Origin: Octopus vulgaris
Lineage: Eukaryota
Length of the DNA: 64,000 bases
Direction of reading: 5' to 3'
NCBI GenBank assembly: GCA_951406725.2
Contig: CATOCA020000001.1
Span: forward strand, 10,292,001-10,356,000
A program made the translations under genes and the position numbers. The notes under the pieces were generated by a model. The model saw only the letters and a list, made by a program, of their open reading frames with translations. It made no database searches and was not told where the DNA came from. Below are positions 45,001 through 52,382 of the stretch, one piece after another (positions within the stretch are counted from its first letter, which is position 1; the number at the start of each line of letters is the position of its first letter).

Positions 45001-46984
45001 TAAATACCTAGTAAGTCTGTAGCTTGTGCAGAGTCCGGTGCTCCCGTAGGTACATCAGAACAAGGTAAATACCTAGTAAGTCTGTAGCCTTGTGCAGAGT
45101 CCGGTGCTCCCGTAGGTACATCAGAACAAGGTAAATACCTAGTAAGTCTGTAGCTTGTGCAGAATCCGGTGCTCCCGTAGGTACATCAGAACAAGGTAAA
45201 TACCTAGTAAGTCTGTAGCTTGTGCAGAATCCGGTGCTCCCGTAGGTACATCAGAACAAGGTAAATACCTAGTAAGTCTGTAGCTTGTGCAGAGTCCGGT
45301 GCTCCCGTAGGTACATCAGAACAAGGTAAATACCTAGTAAGTCTGTAGCTTGTGCAGAGTCCGGTGCTCCCGTAGGTACATCAGAACAAGGTAAATACCT
45401 AGTAAGTCTGTAGCTTGTGCAGAGTCCGGTGCTCCCGTAGGTACATCAGAACAAGGTAAATACCTAGTAAGTCTGTAGCTTGTGCAGAATCCGGTGCTCC
45501 CGTAGGTACATCAGAACAAGGTAAATACCTAGTAAGTCTGTAGCTTGTGCAGAGTCCGGTGCTCCCGTAGGTACATCAGAACAAGGTAAATACCTAGTAA
45601 GTCTGTAGCTTGTGCAGAGACCGGTGCTCCCGTAGGTACATCAGAACAAGGTAAATACCTAGTAAGTCTGTAGCTTGTGCAGAATCCGGTGCTCCCGTAG
45701 GTACATCAGAACAAGGTAAATACCTAGTAAGTCTGTAGCTTGTGCAGAATCCGGTGCTCCCGTAGGTACATCAGAACAAGGTAAATACCTAGTAAGTCTG
45801 TAGCTTGTGCAGAATCCGGTGCTCCCGTAGGTACATCAGAACAAGGTAAATACCTAGTAAGTCTGTAGCTTGTGCAGAGTCCGGTGCTCCCGTAGGTACA
45901 TCAGAACAAGGTAAATACCTAGTAAGTCTGTAGCTTGTGCAGAGTCCGGTGCTCCCGTAGGTACATCAGAACAAGGTAAATACCTAGTAAGTCTGTACCT
46001 TGTGCAGAGTCCGGTGCTCCCGTAGGTACATCAGAACAAGGTAAATACCTAGTAAGTCTTTAGCTTGTGCAGAATCCGGTGCTCTCGTAGGTACATCAGA
46101 ACAAGGTAAATACCTAGTAAGTCTGTAGCTTGTGCAGAGTCCGGTGCTCCCGTAGGTACATCAGAACAAGGTAAATACCTAGTAAGTCTTTAGCTTGTGC
46201 AGAATCCGGTGCTCCCGTAGGTACATCAGAACAAGGTAAATACCTAGTAAGTCTGTAGCTTGTGCAGAATCCGGTGCTCCCGTAGGTACATCAGAACAAG
46301 GTAAATACCTAGTAAGTCTGTAGCTTGTGCAGAGTCCGGTGCTCCCGTAGGTACATCAGAACAAGGTAAATACCTAGTAAGTCTGTAGCTTGTGCAGAAT
46401 CCGGTGCTCCCGTAGGTACATCAGAACAAGGTAAATACCTAGTAAGTCTGTAGCTTGTGCAGAGTCCGGTGCTCCCGTAGGTACATCAGAACAAGGTAAA
46501 TACCTAGTAAGTCTGTAGCTTGTGCAGAGACCGGTGCTCCCGTAGGTACATCAGAACAAGGTAAATACCTAGTAAGTCTGTAGCTTGTGCAGAATCCGGT
46601 GCTCCCGTAGGTACACCAGAACAAGGTAAATACCTAGTAAGTCTGTAGCTTGTGCAGAATCCGGTGCTCCCGTAGGTACACCAGAACAAGGTAAATACCT
46701 AGTAAGTCTGTAGCTTGTGCAGAATCCGGTGCTCCCGTAGGTACACCAGAACAAGGTAAATACCTAGTAAGTCTGTAGCTTGTGCAGAATCCGGTGCTCT
46801 CGTAGGTACACCAGAACAAGGTAAATACCTAGTAAGTCTGTAGCTTGTGCAGAATCCGGTGCTCCCGTAGGTACACCAGAACAAGGTAAATACCTAGTAA
46901 GTCTGTAGCTTGTGCAGAATCCGGTGCTCTTGTAGGTACACCAGAACGAGGTAAATACCTAGTAAGTCTGTAGCTTGTGCAGAG
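1..46984 (+). repeat. 65-bp satellite tandem array, about 720 monomers, truncated by the window start
   Basis: Consensus CCTAGTAAGTCTGTAGCTTGTGCAGAGTCCGGTGCTCCCGTAGGTACATCAGAACAAGGTAAATA (65 nt) repeats head-to-tail and ends abruptly at ...TTGTGCAGAG|GCCATTTTAG. Copy number is span divided by 65. Confidence 0.99.
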
Positions 46985-47068
46985 GCCATTTTAGTATGGT
47001 GATAACTATTAATATCCAGTAACGCTGCCGTAATCTCCTTTAGAGAGACTTAGTAATTTTAATATTTC

Positions 47069-47071
<3 letters not shown>

Positions 47072-47128
<57 letters not shown>
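47072..47128. repeat. (TA)n microsatellite, about 28 units
   Basis: Perfect TA run read directly. Confidence 0.98.
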
Positions 47129-47131
<3 letters not shown>

Positions 47132-47644
47132 TGTATTTGCGTGTGCGTATAGTATAGGTTAGTTAAATATGTTTGCAATAAGAGTCGCGTGGTGGAAATA
47201 AAGGCAATTACCAAACTTTTAATCATAAATCCATTAATTATTTCATTCTTTTGTATTTCAATTTGTACATTTGTTGGATCTTGCAGGTATGAAGTGGATT
47301 CGATCCACCATAGCCAAATTTAAATTAATAGTTCAACAGAACTTTTTTCACAATAAAGCAACAGTTTTTCTGTGACAGCAGTTTTACATTTGCCAGATTG
47401 CCTTAGCTTGGCCGAAATAATGTCTTCACCACTTGACCCTTATAACCTCTTCTGCTTCACCAAATGCTAGAATAGAGATATCACAGTAACACCAACGAAG
47501 CCCATTGTTCTCAACAATATGTCTATCCTTCTGGATAGTTATAAAAGAAAGAACCCTCTAGAAAAAAAAACAGTAGTCACTTGGTGACAAATAAGTCGGC
47601 TCGTGACAACTCAAACAGTTAGTGAACGGACTGCTAGAATCATG

Positions 47645-49428
47645 ATCCAAGAAATCTTTCTAGGTTTCCGATCAAATTTGCAGGAATCACGGGAATCCCC
47701 AGAACTTTCTGTTAAATCCTCGGAACTTTCCAGGAAATTTCCGACCAATTTTCAAGGTTGGGAGAATCCCGGAAATTTCGATGAAAGCCTCGGAATTTTC
47801 CAGGAAGATTCCGACCAATTTTCGAGGATATTGGAAGATCACTGGAATGTTTAGTGGAACCTCTGAACTATCCAGGAATCTTCCGAAAAATCTTCCAGGA
47901 ACTTGGAGAATCCTCGGAACTTTCCATGAAACACTCGGAAATTTTCATGAAGTTTCCCACAAAATTTCCAGGAGATTCGGGAGTCCTCGAAACTTTCCAG
48001 AAAGTTTCCGGTCGAATTTGCAGGAGTGAATGGGAATCCCTGGAACTTTCACCTAAATCCTCGCATCTTTCCAGAAATTTCTGACAAATTTTCCAGGAAG
48101 TTGGGGGTTCCCCGGAACTTTACATGAAATCCTCGGAATATTCCAGGAAGTTTCCGACCAATTCCCGAGGAAGTTGTGATATCCCTGGAAGGTTCCATGG
48201 AGTCCTCGGAACTATCCAGAAAGTTTCCGATCAATTTTCCAGGAACTTGGAGAATCCCCGGAAATTTCCTTGAAATCCTCGGAAATTTTCAAGATTCCGA
48301 CAAAATTTACAGGAAGATGGCGGAATCCCCGGAACTTTCTGTTAAATCCTCGGATGTTTCCGGGAATTTTCCTACCAATTTTCCCAGGAAGTCAGAGAAC
48401 TTTCCGTGAAAGCATCGGAACTATCCAGGAAGTTTCCGGACAAATTTCAAGGAAGTTGGGAATCCTCAAAACTTTCCATGAAGTCCTCGGTACTTTCCAG
48501 GAAGTTTCCAACCAAATATCCAAGAAGTTGAGCGAATCCCCGGAATTTTCCATGAAATCCTCGGAACTTTCCTCTGATGTTAGAGAATCCCCAGAAAGTT
48601 TCATGAAATCCCCGGAACTTTCTATGAAAGCCTCGGAATATTCCAGGAAGATTCCGACCAATTTTTCAGGAAGTTGGGAGATTCCCGGGACTTTCCATGA
48701 AATTCTCGGGAATTTTCAGGTTTCCGAGAAAATTGCCAGGAAGTTGGCTGAAAAACCGGAACTTTCAATGAAATCTTTGGAACTTTCCAGGAATTTTCCG
48801 AGCAATTTTCCAGGATGTTAGGGAATCCCCGGAGTATTCCATGAAATCCTAGGGATTTTCCGGGAAGTTTACAACAAATTCGCCAGGAAGTTGGGTATCC
48901 CTGGAACTTCCCATGAAATCCTCGGGATTTTCCGGGAAGTTTCCAACCAATTTGCCAGGAAGTTGGGGGAATTATCGGAACTTACCATGAAATCCTCGGA
49001 ACATTCCAGGAACTTTCCGATCAATTTTCCAGGAAGTTGTGGAATCCTTGGATCTTTCGAAGAAATCCTCGGAACTTTCCAGGAAGTATCTGACCAATTT
49101 TCTATGTAGTTTGCGGATTCCCCGAAACTTTCCAAGAAATCCTCGGTGCTTTGCAGGAAGATTCAAACCTAATTTCCATGAAGTCGAGAGAATCCCCCGA
49201 ACTTTCCATGGATTCCTCGGACCTTTCCCGGAAGTTTCCGACCAATTTTTCAAGAAGTCGGGGTAACCTTGGAACTTTCCATGAAATCCTAGGGACATTC
49301 AAGGAAGTTTCTGACCAAATTTTCCCCATTTCTCGGAACTTTCCATGAAATCCTTGGAATTTTTCACGAAGTTTTCGACCAATTTTCAAGGAAGTTAGAA
49401 AATCCTCGGAACTTCCCAGGACGTTTTC
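47645..49428 (+). repeat. Degenerate ~73-bp tandem repeat built from ~10-11-bp GGAANNTTCC subunits, about 24 units
   Basis: The AATCCT(C)GGAA landmark recurs at 47721, 47791, 47863, 47936 and at 48062, 48134, 48207, 48280, 48351 (steps of 70-73). Approximate unit: GGAACTTTCCAGGAAGTTTCCGACCAATTTTCCAGGAAGTTGGGGAATCCCCGGAACTTTCCATGAAATCCTC. Confidence 0.92.
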
Positions 49429-49432
49429 AGCC

Positions 49433-50443
49433 TTTGGCGAACAACTAGGTCATTTTATCTATCTGGTTTAGCGAAACGCTACGTCATTTTATATATCTCG
49501 TATCGCGAAAAGGCTACGTCATTTTATCGATCTCGTTTAACGAATTGCTAAGTCATTTTTCGATCTCGTTTGACAAAGAGCTACATAAATTCATCGATCT
49601 CGTTTGGCGAACAACCAAGTCAATTTACCGATCTCGATTGTTGAACCGCTACGTCATGTTAACAATCTCATTTGGCAAACCGCTAAGTCATTTTGTCAGT
49701 GTCGTTTGTCGAACCGCTACGTCATTTTATCGATCTCGTTTTTAGAACCGCGAGTCATTTTATCGATCTCGTTTGGCGATCCGCTACGTCATTTTATCGA
49801 TCTCATTTTGCGAACGAAAACGTCATTTCATCGATTTCATTTGGCGAATCACTACGTCATTTTATCGATTTCGTTTGGGAACCACTACGGCATTTTATCG
49901 ATCTGGTGTAGCGATCCACGGCGTCATTTTATCGATCTCGTTTGTCGAACCTTAAAGTCAATTTAGCGATCTCGTTTGGAGAACTGCTACGTCAATTTAT
50001 CGATCACGTTTTGCGAACCGCTACGTCATTTTATCGATCTTGTTTAGCAAACGCCAAAGTCTATTTATCGAACTCATTTGTCGAACCACTAGGTTTTTTT
50101 ATCGATCTCATTTAGCGAATCGCTAAGTCATTTTCTCGAAACCGTTTTGCGAACCGCTACGTCATTTTAACGATTTTGTTTGGCGAACAGCTACGTCATT
50201 TTATCAACATCGTTTAGCGAACCGCTACGTCATTCTATCGATCTCGTTCGCTTGTTTGTCGAACCACTAAGTCATTTTATCGATTTCGTTTGGCAAACCG
50301 CAACGTCAATTTATCGATTGGTGAACCGCTACGTCATTGTAACGATCCCGTTTGGCAAACCGCTACGTCATTTTATCGATCTCGTTTGTTGAAATGCTAC
50401 ATAGTTTTCTCAATCTCGTTTGGTTAAACGCTACGTCATTTTA
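49433..50443 (+). repeat. 34-bp satellite, diverged subfamily A (…GGCGAACCGCTAC), about 30 units
   Basis: Consensus GTCATTTTATCGATCTCGTTTGGCGAACCGCTAC in tandem, with many substitutions. Confidence 0.95.
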
Positions 50444-50869
50444 TTTGATCTCTTGCGGGACTCCTCTTTGATCACTTTCAGCACAATCTTCGATCTCTTT
50501 CGGCACTCTTTGATCTCTTTCGGCACTCCTCTTTGATCTCTTTCAGCACCCTCTTTGATCTCCTTCGGCACTCCTTTTTGATCTCCTTCAGCACTCGTCT
50601 TTGATCTCTTTCGGCACTCCTCTTTGATCTCTTTCTCCACACTCTTTGATCTCTTTCGGCACCCTCTTTGATCTCATTCGGCACCCTCTTTGATCTCTTT
50701 CGGCACCCTCGTTGATCTCTTTCGACACCCTCTTTGATCTCATTCGGCACCCTCTTTGATCTCTTTCGACACACTCTTTGATCTCTTTCGGTACACTCTT
50801 TGATCTCTTTCGGCACCCTCTTTGAACACTTTCGGCGTACCTCTTTGATCTCTTTCGGCACACTCTTTG
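50444..50869 (+). repeat. 22-bp minisatellite CTCTTTGATCTCTTTCGGCACC, about 19 units
   Basis: Adjacent units are visible, e.g. 50642-50663 and 50664-50685. Confidence 0.95.
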
Positions 50870-50969
50870 GTAGTCTATAAATATAAGACTAAAGCTGTCA
50901 CTAATTAGCTCCAAGAGGCCATCGCCTCTAGCTAGCTATTTGACACACGAACCTGCGTCCATTACAAAC

Positions 50970-51099
50970 CTTCGAACAGGGGAAGTCAGCCGCTTCACCT
51001 TACTAGTCAGATATCTGCAGACATGTTTCAGGGTTGTTGCCCTTTATCAATGCAGCGTTGTCAGACCCGCAGGTGTCGCTACTGACCGTCTGTTCGAAG
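50970..51099 (-). ncRNA. Minimal type I hammerhead ribozyme (core 51015-51055) with an extended stem I
   Basis: Reverse complement of 51015-51055 is CUGCA UUGAUAA AGGG-CAACAA-CCCU GAAA CAUG UC^ UGCAG. This gives a 5-bp stem I, core U3UGAUA8A, a 4-bp stem II, GAAA, palindromic ACAUGU at stem III and a GUC cleavage triplet. Stem I continues with GGUC/GACU, CACCU/AGGUG, GUCAG/CUGAC and a perfect 10-bp closing pair (50970-50979 with 51090-51099). Confidence 0.8.
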
Positions 51100-51326
51100 A
51101 TTTTATTTACCTAGTTACAGTGGAATATATATATATGTATGTGTGTGTGCGCCTCGAGTTGTAGCTGTGGAGTACTCAGCCATTTGTAAGTTAATTTTAT
51201 TCTCGTGTGATAATGAAAAGTGAAGCTGACAGCCAATATTTGCTGTGTCTATGTCCCCGGGTCTCTACTTCTCTTGAGATGTAATAAGCATTTGAAAATA
51301 CAAAACGAAAGCTGTCACAAATCACT

Positions 51327-51506
51327 CTTTCATTCTCTCTCACTCTCACTCTCTCTCTCACTCTCTTCCTTTCTTTTTTACTTCCTCTCTGAAACATTTA
51401 AAAGCACAATACGAACGCCATCACCACGGATGTCTCTTTCACAATCTCTTTTTCTCTCTTACTCTCTTTTTCTCTCGCTCTTCTTTTTCCTCCTCTCTCT
51501 CGCTTT
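51327..51506. repeat. CT-rich polypyrimidine low-complexity tracts
   Basis: Imperfect (CT)n/CTTT runs at about 51327-51390 and 51434-51506. Confidence 0.8.
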
Positions 51507-51732
51507 GCCACTTCAAAGAAATGTGACGCAGACAACAGGTACGTACAAAAAAAGTTAGCGTATTAATATTATTGATTGTAAAAACACAAAAATATAATGT
51601 GAACGTTGCACTATGTTGCAATTTGAGTCACGCACGTGCACACAGACACACATGTTTATATGCACGCATGTATGTATGTATATAAAAATAAATTGGTATA
51701 TATATATATATGAGTAAAGATACATACATACA

Positions 51733-52296
51733 TGGTGGCTGCGCCCTCGTTATCGTGTATGGCCATTGCACGAAGCTTAATCAATGTTGTTATCGTGCAA
51801 AGCCTGTGTAAGAAGATTTTTTTTTAAGTAAGGAAAGGCTGTGCACTGAGTCAATCCCACTCAATAAGCAACAGCAGCTATAGTCCGTAAAGAAGAACAA
51901 GTCAAAACCATTGGTAACCACTGAGCCGCAGTTTTATGTCGGAGTTATCCCAGTTACCTTCTAGAAGGACACCCTAACAAAGGCTAGGAGTCCTTAACTC
52001 CCAATGGTTTTACCGCGCGATCGAGTATTCAGTCCGATTATTTCTATGTCGCCGCGCATGATACAGCCTTAAGCAAAAAAAATTACACATTTATTGGATG
52101 GCCGTTGACTCTCAAGAGTTCCTCCGCCGTTTGAGGGATTTTATCTTTCATCCCGTAGGGTGTCCAATAAAAACCCTCTTGACCAAGCAAGCTTGGTGAT
52201 GTTACCGGTTTAGTCACCGACGACCCGACCATGCAGCAGGTTGTACTGGGTTACATGTTACCAATAGCACTCAAGAGTGACCTTATATATTAGGTC
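51733..52296 (-). mobile_element. Dispersed ~560-bp non-coding element, probably a non-autonomous RTE-derived retroposon (SINE-like)
   Basis: Flanked by identical 13-bp ATACATACATACA direct repeats (51720-51732 and 52297-52309). The internal part 51869-52205 recurs at 63655-64000. The minus-strand 3' end runs into (ATGT)n, and there is no ORF. The RTE assignment and strand are inferred. Confidence 0.65.
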
Positions 52297-52309
52297 ATAC
52301 ATACATACA

Positions 52310-52382
52310 AAACTGAGAATGTGTCTGTTTGTCTGTCTCATTCACTAAAATTTGAGAACTACACAACCAATTTCATTCAAAT
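52310..52382 (+). mobile_element. Possible terminal fragment of a Helentron/HINE (DINE-1-like) or MITE element
   Basis: AACTGAGAATG-TGTCTGTTTGTCTGTCT-CATTC is a short GAATG/CATTC inverted pair around a degenerate (GTCT)n tract, directly abutting the 34-bp array. Evidence is architectural resemblance only. Confidence 0.3.

Noticed and set aside
1487-46884. Dozens of 60-100 aa ORFs, nearly all minus-strand (…APDSAQATDLLGIYLVLMYLREHR…)
   Set aside because: They are translations of the 65-bp repeat. Because 65 is not divisible by 3, frames cycle and stop about every 195 bp, and most starts are chance variants or TTG/GTG.
47250-47575. Possible exon in the unique spacer (TTGCAG at 47281-47286; short minus-strand open frame near 47425-47530)
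   Set aside because: Frames close within about 35 codons, and I found no recognisable motif or consistent donor/acceptor pair.
50999-51112. Short matches between the ribozyme region and the 65-mer or its junction (CTTACTAGTCA, also at 63646; TATTTACCT)
   Set aside because: The 9-11 bp matches are not colinear with the monomer and are compatible with chance.
51817-51825. T9 run as the poly(A) tail of the dispersed element
   Set aside because: No target-site duplication fits this boundary, whereas the 13-bp (ATAC)n direct repeats fit a boundary at 51733.
52151-52159. TCCCGTAGG shared by the dispersed element and the 65-mer
   Set aside because: A 9-bp match with no extension is insufficient to claim the satellite derives from the element.
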